Assembly: GCA_025594325.1 (NCBI GenBank)
Contig: JANHCV010000001.1
Span: 1,240,001 to 1,304,000, forward strand
Source: Blastocladiella emersonii ATCC 22665
Taxonomy: Eukaryota; Fungi; Blastocladiomycota
Length of the DNA: 64,000 nt
Reading direction: 5' to 3'
Shown here: piece after piece, positions 1-12,353 of the stretch
Position numbering within the stretch: the first letter of the stretch is position 1
Layout of the letters: the number at the start of each line of letters is the position of its first letter
The notes under the pieces: generated by a model
Seen by the model: only the letters and a program-made list of their open reading frames with translations
Database searches by the model: none
What the model was told of the DNA's origin: nothing
Made by a program: the position numbers and the translations under genes

Positions 1-467
1 TCCGGGCCCGTGAGAGGCGGGAGGGGCGACGGGTTGAGGGCCGCAGAGACGGACACGAGGGCGAGGAGCAGCGCGAGCAGCGTCGTCAGGCGGTTCAGGG
101 ACCGCTGCGGCGCCGGCGCCATGGTGCGAGTAACGTCGGTGATGGTGATGATGGTGTAGGGGCGGTCTATTGCGGCAAGTGCGGGCTCGCTATCTCTAGC
201 GCTCGCCGTGAATCAAGTTGCATCAAGCGTAGCATGCGATACATGGCGGAAGTCGGACTGAAGGGTAGAGCGAATCCGCCAAGGTGGGACGAAGTGGCGT
301 TGCTGTGGCGGAGGAGGCGCCGCTGCGGCTCGCTGCGTCATGAAGTCCGACTGAGGTCGATGACCTGCACGGAGACGTTGCAAACCAGCGAAACTGAGTG
401 ATTAATGGACTAGTTCATATTACGACGGGGGGAGGGTGCAGGGTTCATGAGGTAGACGCGGGATCCG

Positions 468-1460
468 CTACTGCGTCTTGCCCTTGCCCTTGCCCTTACC
501 CTTGGCGGCAGCGGCAGCAGGTACTCCCCGCTCCTCCTCGAGAGCGATATCGCGCATGAGCTGCTCGACCTGCTGCTGCTTGCCGGCGGCGTCGCGCTTC
601 TTGCGCTCCTCCATGAGGCGCTCGAGTTCGGGGCGGTAGTCGTCCTCGTACTGCTTGCGCGCAGTGTCGAAGGCGTCGAGGACGTCGCGAGCGCCGAGCC
701 CGGTCACGGCCGAGAACTTGACGGGGGTGAGGATGCTGTAGAACTCGTCGAGGACGAGCGACATGCTCTGGACGAACGAATGCATGTACGGCGGGTCGGC
801 GCCCTCGGGGGTCGATGCGTGCAGGGCGGCCTGGAACGCCTCGAAATCGCGCATCCACTCCATGGCAAACTCGCACGACGTCACGTCCGACTTGTTGAAC
901 AGCACCACGAACGGCAGCCGCGTGCGGTACAGGATCGAGCATGCGTACAGCATGTTGGACATGAAGGTCGCGGGGTTGGCGGTGCGCGGCGTGTCGACGA
1001 CAAAGGCGACGACCGTCGGGTACGTCGCAGCCAGCGTGTCGGTGATGATGGTGCCCGACGCGGACCACGTGAACACCTCGATCTGGCCGGGGGTGTCGAT
1101 GAGCACGTAGTCGACTGAGTCGGCGCGCTTGTCGAGCAGGCTGAGGACCTGGTCGAACTTGGTGGTGAACAGGTTGAGCGACGTCAGGATGGCGCCGTTC
1201 GGGCCCAGCTTGTACTGCTTCATGACCTCGCTGTACTGGACCGTGTCGCGGATGTCGATGTTGGGCGTGTACGGCAGGTGCGTCACGGCCGGGTCCAGGT
1301 TCACAATGTACGGCTTCTTGCCCTCGGCGTGCAGGTGCGAGTGCATGCGCTGCATCGTGGCCGTCTTGCCCGACCCGGCCATGCCGATGAGCAGCACGCA
1401 CGTCGGCTTCTTGCGCTCGGCACCGGGCGCGGTGGTGGCGGTGGCGGCGGTCTGCTCCAT
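468..1460 (-). CDS. GPN1: GPN-loop GTPase 1 (XAB1/NPA3 family), single exon
   Basis: P-loop [27 protein letters not shown] (GPN loop), [22 protein letters not shown] (MEQT...) at 1460, stop at 468-470. Confidence 0.95.
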   Translation of the reverse strand: MEQTAATATTAPGAERKKPTCVLLIGMAGSGKTATMQRMHSHLHAEGKKPYIVNLDPAVTHLPYTPNIDIRDTVQYSEVMKQYKLGPNGAILTSLNLFTTKFDQVLSLLDKRADSVDYVLIDTPGQIEVFTWSASGTIITDTLAATYPTVVAFVVDTPRTANPATFMSNMLYACSILYRTRLPFVVLFNKSDVTSCEFAMEWMRDFEAFQAALHASTPEGADPPYMHSFVQSMSLVLDEFYSILTPVKFSAVTGLGARDVLDAFDTARKQYEDDYRPELERLMEERKKRDAAGKQQQVEQLMRDIALEEERGVPAAAAAKGKGKGKGKTQ

Positions 1461-1662
1461 GGTAGTGCGGCAAGTGGTGGGGCGATTCAAGGGTCCCTTG
1501 CTTGGCGAGGAGTGTGTTCGGGGGAGGAAGGACGACGGCTTCGAGGTCGGCCGGTCGTCGGTGGCCGCTGACACAGCTGCTCAGTCTGCCAGCTCGCGGT
1601 CGTGGAGGAAACGTGTCTATCGATTGATGCCAATGGAATAACAACACAAAAATACACTACTA

Positions 1663-3246
1663 TCACTGGTGGTGGACCGGGTGGATCTGGCGCAGCGGGA
1701 TCTCGCCCGAGCTCGCGGCCAAGTTGGCGGACGAGTCGACCATGCGCTGTGCCGGGGTCCGACTGTCGACGTAGAGGACGATGCCGCGGGATCCGGCGCG
1801 CGAGCCGTTGGCGAGATCGCGGTCGGCGCCCGAGTAGTGAGACGGGAGCACCTCGAGGTCGCGCGCGCTGGTGATCCCGGCGACCGAGATGGTCACCCCG
1901 GCGAAGCCCTTGATGTACACTTTTGCGCAGAGGAAGGCGATGTAGGTGCCGAGAAGCATTCCGGCCGTAATGTCGAGGTAGGAGTGCCTGTTATCTAGGA
2001 TGCGGGTGAGGGCGATGGCGGCCGCGCCGCACGTTGGAAGGTGCGCGGCGAACAGGCGCAGTCCCTTGGCCTCGTCGCGGCCGGCGTCAAAGACGTGCAG
2101 GCGCGTGGCAATCCAGAGCGACAGGTACACCATGCCGGCGAAGGAGACTGGAAGAGAGGGGTGGGGCAAAGGTCAGTGGACGATCGAGTACGACGAGAGT
2201 CTCGATGCGCGCGCGTACCAGACGAGTGGCCCGAGGGGAACGAGCGGCGGCCCTCCTTGATATCAGCAATGTTGCCCGTGCACACGGTGATGTTCTTGGG
2301 GTCGGGCTTGCAGCGGTCGAGAAAGTCGGGGCGGAGGGCGCCGACCAGGTTCTTGAGCGCGCCCGTGACGAAGAGCGTCAGGCCCGTGGCGACGAGCAGG
2401 CCGATGACGGGGCGCACGCCGCGCACGCGCTTGAAGGCGAGGATGAAGATGGCGGGGCCGAGGATGGTGATGACCTAGGTGATCCGAGCGACGCAAGGTC
2501 AGCGTCGCCGCAAGGAGCCGTTGAGCAGCAAGACGTACACCGGCGAGCCACTCGGGAATGGTCTGGGCGCGCATGGGCCGCTGGATGGCCACGTCGTTGA
2601 CGTTGAAGGACTGCTCGAGCGGCGGCAGGATGTTGAGGATGCCGCCGGCGACGAACAGGAGGACGATGCTGGCGACCTCGAGGTACAGGTGGCGGCGACG
2701 CGACGCCCCGAGCAGCGACCACGCCACCGAGTCGGTCGCAGACTTGACGGACGCGACGTCGGCGGCGGGGACGTGCTGCGTCGTCGGGGGCAGGGTGCCG
2801 CCGAGCTGCACGTCGGGACCACCAGCGTAGTGGGACTGCGGCAGGGTGCCGCCGCCGAGATGGGCGTCGGAGGCCGCGCGATGTTGCGAAGCGGGCGGCA
2901 TGGCGATGATGGGTGTGCGTGCGGGAGCGGGTGCGGGCGCAGCAGCAGCGGCGATGGGCGCAGGGGCCTTGTAGTCGGCCTCGGTGGTGTAGGCGCTGGC
3001 GGGCGCAACGATGGCGGGAGGAGCGCTCACGGGGAGGTCGCGCGGGCGCACGGCGGGTTTGGACTCGTTGCGCAGCGGGCGGAGGAGCGGGGCAGCGTTG
3101 GGGTCGTAGCGGTCGCGGTCGGCGGCGTCTTCCCAGAGCGTGGCGAGCGAGTCGTTCGGGGACTCGCGCAGGAGAGGGAGCGTCGGGCGCACAGCGGCGT
3201 CCTGCCAGTCGAAGCTGGCGTGGCGCGGCGGGTTCGTGGTCGCCAG
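1663..3246 (-). CDS. PAP2-family lipid phosphate phosphatase (DPP1/LPP1-like), 2 introns, start codon uncertain
   Basis: The three PAP2 motifs lie across exons: KNLVGALRP, FPSGHSS, TRILDNRHSYLD, with several hydrophobic TM segments. First in-frame ATG is at 2901; coding-like sequence extends to a CTG at 3246. Confidence 0.85.
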
Positions 3247-3493
3247 GGTGAAGAAACGAGAGGAGAGAGAGCCTCGGACGGGAGGCTCTTGGCACGGTTC
3301 GAGGCGCACGGTGCGGGGCGCAGGGCAGGGCGCAGGGCGCAGTCAGGCGTGGCAGCGGAAACAAGCACGAAGGGCGTGAAGCGGAGGGGAAGCGCAACGT
3401 GGGCCCGACCTCCAGATCAAGCTCAGGCGTGGATGCACTCGGTTGCGGTTGGGACAGCTGCCGAGTTGAGCAGCTAGCGGTAATCGCGGTCGG

Positions 3494-3526
3494 AGAAGCG
3501 TCGTAGAAGCGTCGTAGAAGCGTCGG
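3494..3526. repeat. 11-bp tandem repeat (AGAAGCGTCGT) x3 upstream of the PAP2 gene
   Basis: Read directly: agaagcgtcgt agaagcgtcgt agaagcgtcgg. Confidence 0.8.
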
Positions 3527-4103
3527 AGCGGCGGGAGAGAGAGGACCGAGAGCGACGGCGGCAAACTTGAGACAGGGTCCGAGCAGGCGGGCCAGCACCG
3601 CAGAGGCCAAGCCGGGATAGGTGCACGAGCGTCGCGGCGCACGTCTGCCGCGCTGACCTCGCGCGCGCAAGCGGGGCGAGTGGTGCGTGTGGTGCGGCGA
3701 GCTTGTCGAAACGCCAAGAGCCGGCGCTGCGGCGGTCGGGTTGGACCAGGCCGCCGCTGGCCGCTTCACAGTCGCCGCTCAGCTACCTGCTATGACTGCA
3801 GGGAGCGAAGAGGAAGCACGGCCTGCGGGTCGGTCCCGAGGAACCCTGAGGGAGAAGAGGTCAAGCTCACGGCGGCGGCCACGTCAGAGGAAGGCGGAGC
3901 GCCACAGTGACGGGAGTGGCGGGCGGATCAGATGACGGCCGGCGCGCCCTTGGTGGCCGTGGGCGCCGCCCTCACGCCGCCGCCCACCGCCCGCGGCCGC
4001 CGCGCCCGGGGCCCCTCCCCTCTCCTCTTCCTGCCGGCGCCCGATCATCGCTGGAACCGCACGCACCCGCTCTACGCAACGCATCAACCACCTGCACCCC
4101 ACC

Positions 4104-4490
4104 ATGTCGTCCGAGAAGACCAACATTGATGCGACGACGGCCGCCGGCTCGTCCGAGCTGCTCGACGCGCCCATGTCGTTTGTCAAGCAGTCGCAGATGC
4201 TCATCAACCGCTGCACCAAGCCCGACCGCAAGGGTACCGCTGCTCCCGTGGTGCCGACCCGTGTTCGGCGCGCTGACCCTCCCTCCCCCCCGGTCCCGCT
4301 CCGCAGAGTTCTGGCGCATCTTCCAGGTCGTCGGCATGGGCTTCGTGATCATGGGCTTCATCGGCTTCGTCGTCAAGCTCATCCACATCCCAATCAACAA
4401 CATCATCGTGTACGTGCTCCCTGAGCGGTTCCCTGTTCGCGGACCTGACTGACGCTCGCCCGCGCGCTCCCTCGTAGTGGTGCCGTCTAA
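4104..4490 (+). CDS. SSS1: Sec61 translocon gamma subunit, 3 exons (4104-4233, 4307-4409, 4478-4490)
   Basis: Spliced product contains [20 protein letters not shown]...[29 protein letters not shown]; GT-AG introns restore the frame. Confidence 0.95.
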
Positions 4491-5169
4491 GCACGCCCGC
4501 CTCGGCGTACCATTTTGATTTACTCCTCCAGCATCCCCCTTGTTACATACACGTTCAAACCTTCGCCCTCTGCCCTCCCTGCGATCCGCCCGGCTGTGCC
4601 TCCCCTTTCTCCTGTAAATCCTCCCGTGGCCGTGGCCCGCGGCCGTCTTTTTGGCCGGTCCGGCGTCGCGCGACCCACCTCCTCTACCAACATGATCAGG
4701 ATCAGGGCTGCCAGGAGTGCTTTCACGCGAGCGAGCCGTCCCTGAGCGCAAGGAGCGAGAGCGTTGCCGTAATCGGCTGAGCGAGCAGCGCGCTCGTGTC
4801 TCCTCTCACCTCCACCCACGCTAGTACACCTTCAACCCAACGTAGCTGCGATTTGTATCGACCCCCACTCGGCGCATTGCCCGCGTGCTCCTCGCCACGC
4901 CCTCCTTGTGCCGCCGCCGCCCCGTTCCGAGCGGGCGAGAAAGCGAGGCGCACCACCGACCGCTTCATCCGAAGCCCGCACGGCGTGAACGACGCGTCGA
5001 CCACCGCCGCCGCCGCCACGGCTCGGCTTCCCTGCCCGCGTGGTCGCTGCGCAACGCCACTCCTTCTTCCGGGCCCGTCGTGCCTGCCCTCGACGCCGAC
5101 GACAGTGAGGTGCCCGCCCGGAGAACCGCTTCATCGTTCATCGGCCGGCCGCGGCCCTGAACCGGCACC

Positions 5170-7662
5170 ATGGCGCACTACTCGAACGGCAACATGGCCT
5201 CGCACCAGCACTCGCACCACCCGCTGCCACCACCCACACCGGCCGCGGTACCGGCGTCCGCCGCCTCGTCGTACTGGGTCCAGCTCAAGGACCCCGACAC
5301 GGGCGAGCCGTGGTACGCCAACCCGGACACGGGCGAGTGCGTCTGGCAGCTCACCCCCGACATGCGGCTGTGCGTATCTCTTGGCAATACCCCGCTGCGC
5401 CGCTCGCCGGCACTCACGCTCCATCACGATTGTAGACTCGACGGCGCTGGCGCCGAAGTGTGGTGGCAGCTCTTTGACGAGCGCCAGCAGGTAAATACTC
5501 TTTCTCGAGACCGTCCGCTCACACCGACCCCCTGCTCACACGACCAGCGCGCGTAGACGCCCTACTACTACTCGACCCGCTCGGGCGTCACGCAGTGGCC
5601 GCGCCCCGACTCGGGCCTCGTCATCAACCTCTCCACTATCCAGAAGCACGCCATCGGGAAGCGCGTCTCGCTCGCCTACCAGCCCATCCAGGTCTCCGAC
5701 TACCTCCCACGAGAAGACTCGTCCGGGAGCCAGCGGCACGTCGTACCGCTGCAACAGCCGTCGTCGCACCACCATCACCCGCAGCAGCAGCAGCAGCAGC
5801 AGCCACGACCACAACAGCAGCCGCAGCCGCAGCCGCAGCAGCCGTTCCCGCGTACACTCCCCTCGTCGACCTCGAGCAACGGCGGGAGCAGGTACATGAC
5901 GCCGGGCGCGGGCGCCGCGACGCCGATCGCAATCCCGTCGTCGGGCTCGTCGACGGGGCTCGCCGGCAACAAGCGCCCGTCGAACCTCAACCTCATCGAC
6001 GACCACGCGCTGCTCGACCTGGTCGTCGTCGACACCCCGATCGACGACGACCACATCCACAGCGGCATCGTCGACCCGGCCGCGAGCGTCACCGCCGGCA
6101 TGTCGTCGTCGGCACCCGTCCTGTCGCACCTCCAGGACGTGATGGGCGCGCGCCGCCACCACCCGCAGTACCAGCACCTCACCGACCCGCCCATGTCCGC
6201 CGGCCCGCTCTCGACGCCGCACAGCAACCCGCTCGCCGATCCCGTGGGCGGCGGCGGCAGCGGTGCGCCCGCCACCATGACGGCTGGCCCGTCGGCGCGC
6301 ACCAGCACCTTCCTCATGTCGACGGGTGACCCGGTGCGGCTGCTGCAAAAGTCGGCGAGCACGACCGACCTCGCCAAGTCGTCGGGCATCAGCCAGCCGA
6401 TCCCGAACCCGTCGGCGGCGGCCGCCATGCACCCGCTGGCGCGGCCCGCGACAATGCTGCCGACGGAGCTGCAGCGCGAGCTGTCCCAGTTCCGCATCGA
6501 CGGGTTCGCGAAAAAGTACTTTCGCGAGCAGAAGCGCGGCTTCTTCCGCCGGCGCGTGCCCGTCGAGAAGCTGCTGGTGTGGAGCAAGGAGTCGCTGCGG
6601 CTGCCGCTCATGGTCATCTCCAAGCCGCAGCACAAGGACGCGCTCAAGTGCTTCAAGCTCGTGCAGCGCATCATGGGCGACCGCACCGCGCCGCGCGGGT
6701 ACAAGCCGACCACCGACATCATGTGGATCCTCGACAAGGGCGTGACCAGCGGCGAGATGCGCGACGAGATCTACGTCCAGGTGTGCAAGCAGCTCACGGC
6801 CAACCCGTCTCCCGCGTCCGTGCGCCAGGGGTGGAACCTCATGGCGTGCCTCGTCCCGTGCTTCCCGCCGTCCAAGAACTTTGAGCACTACCTCCAGTCC
6901 TTCATCGCCGGGTACACGACGCACGCCGACTACGCGGTCGTCGCCAGCCACTGCCTGCGCCGGCTCGAGCGCAGCTGCAAGATGGGCCCGCGCGGTAAGG
7001 TGCCGACGGCGCCCGAGATCGAGCGCATGCTCGAGGCGCCCTACGCGCCGTCCGTGTTCGGCGAGACGCTCGAGGACATCATGCGGCTGCAGCGGCAAGA
7101 GTACCCGCACCTCGTGTACCCGCGGCTGCTCGTGTTCCTCGCGCAGAAGGTGCTGGACCTCGGCGGGTGCACGACCGAGGGCATCTTCCGGGTCCCCGGC
7201 GACGCCGACGCCATCACGGACCTGCGGCTGCGCCTCGAGAAGAACCGGTACGACGTGACGGGCATCGCCGACGCCAATGTGCCCGCGGGGCTCCTCAAGT
7301 TCTGGCTGCGCGAGCTCGCCGAGCCCCTCATCCCCGAGAACCTGTACCAGGCGTGCATCGCCAACGCCGACTCGCCCGAACACGCGCTCGCCATCGTCGA
7401 CCAGCTCCCGCCCGACAACTGCCGCGTCGCAAAGTACATGATCGCGTTCCTCCAGATCTTTGCCCAGCCCAAGTTCATGGCCGCCACCAAGATGACGGTC
7501 CAGAACCTCGCCATGGTCTACGCGCCCAACTTTCTCCGCTGCCCGTCCAACGACCCGACTAAGATCTTCGAGAATACCAAGTACGAGCAGCAGTTCCTCC
7601 GCCACCTCATCTCGGACGCGAGGTACGACGACATCGACGTGCGCGCCGTGCCCTGGCAATGA
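5170..7662 (+). CDS. ARHGAP39: WW-WW-MyTH4-RhoGAP protein (ARHGAP39/Vilse-like), 2 introns near the 5' end
   Basis: WW-like YWVQLKDPDTGEPWYANPDTGECVW and WWQLFDERQQ/TPYYYSTRSGVTQW. MyTH4-like CFKLVQRIMGDR...MRDEIYVQVCKQLTAN...GWNLM. RhoGAP TEGIFRVPG...LLKFWLRELAEPLI...TKMTVQNLAMVYAPNFL. Confidence 0.85.
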
Positions 7663-7701
7663 CCCCCGTGTGTGTGTGTACTTGGAATCGGATACATTTG
7701 C

Positions 7702-9479
7702 TCAATCGTCATCCTCGTCTTCGCTGGGATCAGACGCGAACAGCGGCAGCGCGTGCGTCGTCCACTCGACGTCCCACCGGTGCGTCGCAAAGTAGCTCTG
7801 GATCGTGGTCGACATGAGCTCGCGGCCCGTACGGTCGCTCAGCAGATCCTACGCGACACATCGTGGTCAGTAAGCGCCGACGGACGAAGCTCGCGGGTCG
7901 TGCGCGTACCTCGAGGTGCTTGGCGAGCCCAGCTGCCGTCGTGAAGGCGCGCCCATTCGACGCGTTGACGAGTTCCGAGAGACTGTTGGGACGCGTCAGT
8001 TCTGGTTCGGCTCGGTGCCAGCGCCGCGGAGAGTACCGTACCACGCAAAGTCGAACGCGCAGACCGGCAGCCCGCAGCCGAACATGTCGACGACCTTCAT
8101 GGGCAGATCGAGCCCCGACGAGCTCGTGTGCAGCGAGATCCCGACGTCTGCCGCGCCTAGACAGCCGGTCGAGGTCAGTCGCGTGTGCTGGCCGCACTCG
8201 ATGATGAGTTGGACGTACCGAGTAGCCGCGGGTAATCCTCGACCCGCAACCAGGCCGTGACGACGCGGACGCACTGGAACGCGTGCGCACGCGCCATCTC
8301 CTCGAACTGCGCGCGGTTCGGGCCCTTTCCCGTGATCACGACGTAGAGGCGGCGTGGGAACGTGGCCGGGAGCGTGGGCGACGCGTCGAGCTGGGCAAGC
8401 GCGTCGAGCAGGACGGTGAAGTCCTCGTCGTCGGTCCAGCTCGTTGCGCTCACAGCCACGGCGTCCTTCGCCGGATCGAGGTCGGCGAGCGAGGGAAGGT
8501 CGGTCTCGGCGATCGTGGTGAGGAACTGGAGGGCGTGGTCAGTGGTGAGCGGTGATGGTGTGGGGAGAGAGTATGTGGAGCCTCGTACCTCGCGGCGCTC
8601 GTTTGCGGTGAGCCGGCGAAAGTGCTCTGGCGGGCGGTCGTGAAGCACGACCTTCTCGCCGCTGTGAATGTGATCGATGCCCGTTAGAAGGAGTCGCACC
8701 GTCACTCAGCGGATACTACGAAACGCACATCAGGCCCCACTCGGCTGAAAGGTGGTCGCGCATCGCCTCGGTCACGAACAAGTGGCCCCACGCACTGGCG
8801 CCGTATGTCCGCTCAATCCTACACGCCGGAAGTCGTGAGAAGCATGGAAAGGCGCACTCGAGGGAGCCACTAACCATCGGGCGACGCGAACGAGCCGGCT
8901 GTCGTCGCCCACGCGCAGGGCGAGGATCGAGTAGCCGAGGTTGTGCCAGTCGATGACAAGCTTGGCGCCGCGGATCCACGACGTCCACTGTGCGACAATC
9001 AGCGTCGGTATCGATGGAGGGTTCTAGAACGAGAAAGTCGTTAGCGTAGCTCGGCCCGCGACCGTGCTCGCTGGTGCGTACCTGGACCAGAATGTGCGAC
9101 GGAGCCGGGAGCGACACCATCAGAAGCCAACACAGCATCATGATCTGCATCATGACCTTGATGGGAGCCCACACGAGGAAGAGCCCGCGCGGCGCTGGCG
9201 GCAAGACCGGGATCGCGTGGATCGTCACGTCGTGCTGGAGCAGCCGTTCGGGGATGATCGTCTCTGCGCGCAGTACACCGTTGCCACGTCAGAAACTCGT
9301 ATGGCAGATGCTAGGAGCTCGAGCGGACCAGTGTAGCCGACAAAGTCGACGGCGAAGCCCGCCTTGGCGTGCGACTCGGCGTGGTACTGCATGCGCGGCG
9401 ACCGGCCAATGTCGCCGAGCACGATGACCACGACACGCTTTCGAGGCGGCTCAGATACATGGGGAGCTGATTCATTCAT
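7702..9479 (-). CDS. ALG1: Chitobiosyldiphosphodolichol beta-1,4-mannosyltransferase, multi-exon
   Basis: [59 protein letters not shown]. Last exon ends ...EDEDDD* at 7702. Confidence 0.93.
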
Positions 9480-9677
9480 TTCCAAGCGTTCATTGCGGGA
9501 GAGAGGATGCTCGGCGCGGCGAGTCGCGCGCTTCATCACCACGAGGTCGCTGCCGGCCGCCGATCCCCTCTAGTCCGGTGAGGAATACCCCGCTCACCAT
9601 GTAAGCTACACAGAATGACTTGATGCAAAGCTCATGAATACGATTGCTGATATGGTTCCTGACGGTTAGACGTCGAG

Positions 9678-11319
9678 ATGGGCTCGCGCATTGATCCGCG
9701 CGCGATGCGCGCCGACATGGACCCCGACACTGCGCTCACCCTGTTTGACCGGGCTGCGAAACTACTCGTCCGCGGTCTGCCCGACCACTCGGACTTTGGC
9801 ATCGACTTTGCCGAGTGGGAAACGGGGCCGCGGTTCCAGGGGCTCAAATTCATCCCGCCGGGCCTTCATCTGGTCCATTACCGGTATGTGCGCCGTCAGT
9901 TTAATGCTGAAGATGAGAAAAGACCCTGAGTTTGGTGATGGTCCTTCATGTAGTCCCGGTAAGCTCTCGGGCGAACATCGTCGTGCCAGCGAGTCGATGC
10001 TGGGCGGTGACCTCGAATTTCGCCTCGGTTTCTTCCACCATTTCCAGGAGGGCGAGGTATGAGTTGACTTATGTGATGTTTTTGGCATCGTTCCGGTTCA
10101 CAAGCTCGGAAACCGTAGACACTCGTGTGCGAATGGGACGCAGCAAACGAGGAGCTGGTCCTCGAGCCCGCGCTCGATCCTGACCAAGTGTCGCGCTACA
10201 AGCTGGGTACAGATGTCGCTATCCGCTTTGTAACGGGACCAAAATTCATCCCGTCGCGTCGATGTAGCGATTCGCGAGTTTGATCCGCACCTCGGAACCT
10301 ACCCCATCAACGAGACTGCGGACAAGTGGCGGCGACTGACGCACCTCATCACCCCGCAGCTGCTTTGTCGTGCGATCCCGCCGCCGCCGCGGTACGCGGG
10401 TAAGGACCTGTACCTGATCTCGGCGACGTGCGAGTCCAATCTCGATGCGATCCCTCAGCGCGGCGGTGCTCGCCAAGCGCCATCGAGCGCCGTTGTCCCC
10501 GCGTCGACAGAAAACGAGCCGCGGCTGTTCTTTGCCGACTTTGACCTCAAGCGCAGCTGGGACACGACTGCTGCGTCCGCTGGCAAGCTTACGCCCGCGC
10601 AGATCACCCAGCACAGCCTCGACAAGTCGTGGCTCCTCGGTCATGTCTTGGGAAACCGTCCAGGTACGCGAATCCGCTCGGAACGCTGCCGGTTCCCGCT
10701 CACATCTCGTCATCGTACGTCGTGTATAGGGGATCTACTCGCCGAGGTCCAGCTCGCGTTTGTCTGCTTGCTTGTGGCTCACAACTTTGCAGGTTTCGAA
10801 CAGTGGAAGCGCATCATGCACCTCGTCTGCCAGTCTCACGACGCGGTCGAGGAACGGCCCGACTTTTTCGTCGACTTCCTCAGTACGTCTCTCCTCAAGA
10901 TCCGTGTGCTTTGCGTCAGAGCTAATCATTTGGTCTCGTGTTGTTAGGCGTGCTCAAGATCCAGCTCGAGGAATGTCCCGCCGACTTTTTCGTGGACGCG
11001 CTCGCCAGCGGCAACTTCATCCATCATCTTCTAGTGGTACGGCCACTACTCTCCCACGTAAGCTTTGAAGCAACACTGACTCGCGATTCCACTCCTGTAG
11101 GAACTCATGGAAAGCATTCACGAGGCCGAGGACCGTGTATCGCCGCGACTCGAAACCGCCATGGACACGCTCACCGAGTTTGTCCATCAGCGGTTCGGCA
11201 TGGATCTTCGCGCTTCGCTCAACCATCGACTTGCCGGCGGCCGTGGTCTCGGCACGCTTGGCTATTCAGGCGCTGACAGCGAGGACGACGACGATCTTCC
11301 TGTGCTCGTTGAGCTTTAA
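9678..11319 (+). CDS. AAR2: U5 snRNP assembly factor AAR2, multi-exon
   Basis: FGIDFAEWETGPRFQGLKFIPPGLHLVHY, RLGFFH, LLAEVQLAFVCLLVAHNFAGFEQWKRI, C-terminal DDDDLPVLVEL*. Confidence 0.9.
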
Positions 11320-11393
11320 TGAATTGAACCTGTTGCTCTAAAGACTATTGATACCAACCAGTTCAACTGGTTTCCTCGCCATCCGAGCTATAC

Positions 11394-12252
11394 ACACCAT
11401 CGACCAATTGATCCTGTGGTCGCGTCCAACCTCTCCTCCGTTTTTTGCCCATCTCCACCCGGCGTGGTCGGTCCTAGCAGTACAAATTGTGTTCTTTACC
11501 ATCGCTCGCTCGTCGAATTGAGTGAGGCTCCGGGTCACGGTTGAGCCCTCATCACCTTCGCCATCACTGGCGTGTGCGTGATCCATGGGATGAAACTCAA
11601 GCGTCAATGGCTCTTGCTTGGATGTGCTCGAAAGCGTGATGGACGTGGTGAAATGTGTGATGTTATTCTTGCTGAAAGTCAAGGTAGTGGCGCAACGCGC
11701 CGTCGTCGCGCCGTCGTCGCGGCGTCGCGTACCTCAATCTCGATTTCTCAACGAGGCTGCGGTCGCGGTCGCGACCGCAGCCGAACGATAACTCATAGCC
11801 GATGTTCGCATGCTAAAAAGTACCCTTTGCGACTCTTGCGCGCAAACTTGGGATATTAATTGGTCGACCTCAAACGACCCGACAACAATGTCGCCAAAGC
11901 ATTGAGATTGAGGTACGCGACGACGCGACGACGGCGCGACAACGACGCGTTGCGCCACTACCGCCACGTTCAGCAAGAATAACATCACACATTTCACCAC
12001 GTCCATCACGCTTTCGAGCACATCCAAGCAAGAGCCATTGACGCTTGAGTTTCATCCCATGGATCACGCACACGCCAGTGATGGCGAAGGTGATGAGGGC
12101 TCAACCGTGACCCGGAGCCTCACTCAATTCGACGAGCGAGCGATGGTAAAGAACACAATTTGTACTGCTAGGACCGACCACGCCGGGTGGAGATGGCAAA
12201 AAAACGGAGGAGAGATTGGGCGCGACCACAGGATCAAAATGGTCGATGGTGT
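11394..12252. repeat. Long inverted repeat: arms ~11394-11741 and ~11904-12252 (~348 bp), ~160-bp spacer with an internal 12-bp stem-loop (11755-11782)
   Basis: Manual alignment: the reverse complement of the left arm matches the right arm. The central ~220 bp are identical and mismatches lie near the ends. The ORF track gives the same peptide on both strands (11338..11682 - and 12038..12259 +). Confidence 0.92.
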
Positions 12253-12353
12253 AGGGTAGGGAGAGGGATGGCGGAGACTGGAGTGGTAAGCACGTTACGT
12301 GCTTACCCACGTATGAACAGGTTTGAGGGAGAGGGAGCGGGTTATAGGAACAT

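Noticed and set aside
1-420. Start of a minus-strand gene at the left edge (ATG near 123, hydrophobic LTTLLALLL segment)
   Set aside because: Possibly a secreted-protein gene running off the window, but too little sequence is present to support a call.
5536-7659. Very long antisense or alternate-frame ORFs (also 19897..21516, 25319..27313, 32369..34006, 35311..36522, 40877..42676)
   Set aside because: They are shadows of real genes on the opposite strand. High GC3 suppresses stops, and the products are Arg/Gly/Ala-rich with no motifs.
11338-12259. ORFs in the inverted-repeat arms as confirmed protein-coding genes, or the repeat as a MITE
   Set aside because: No recognisable domain, no convincing start joined to the spliced frame, and no target-site duplication. 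It is reported only as a repeat.
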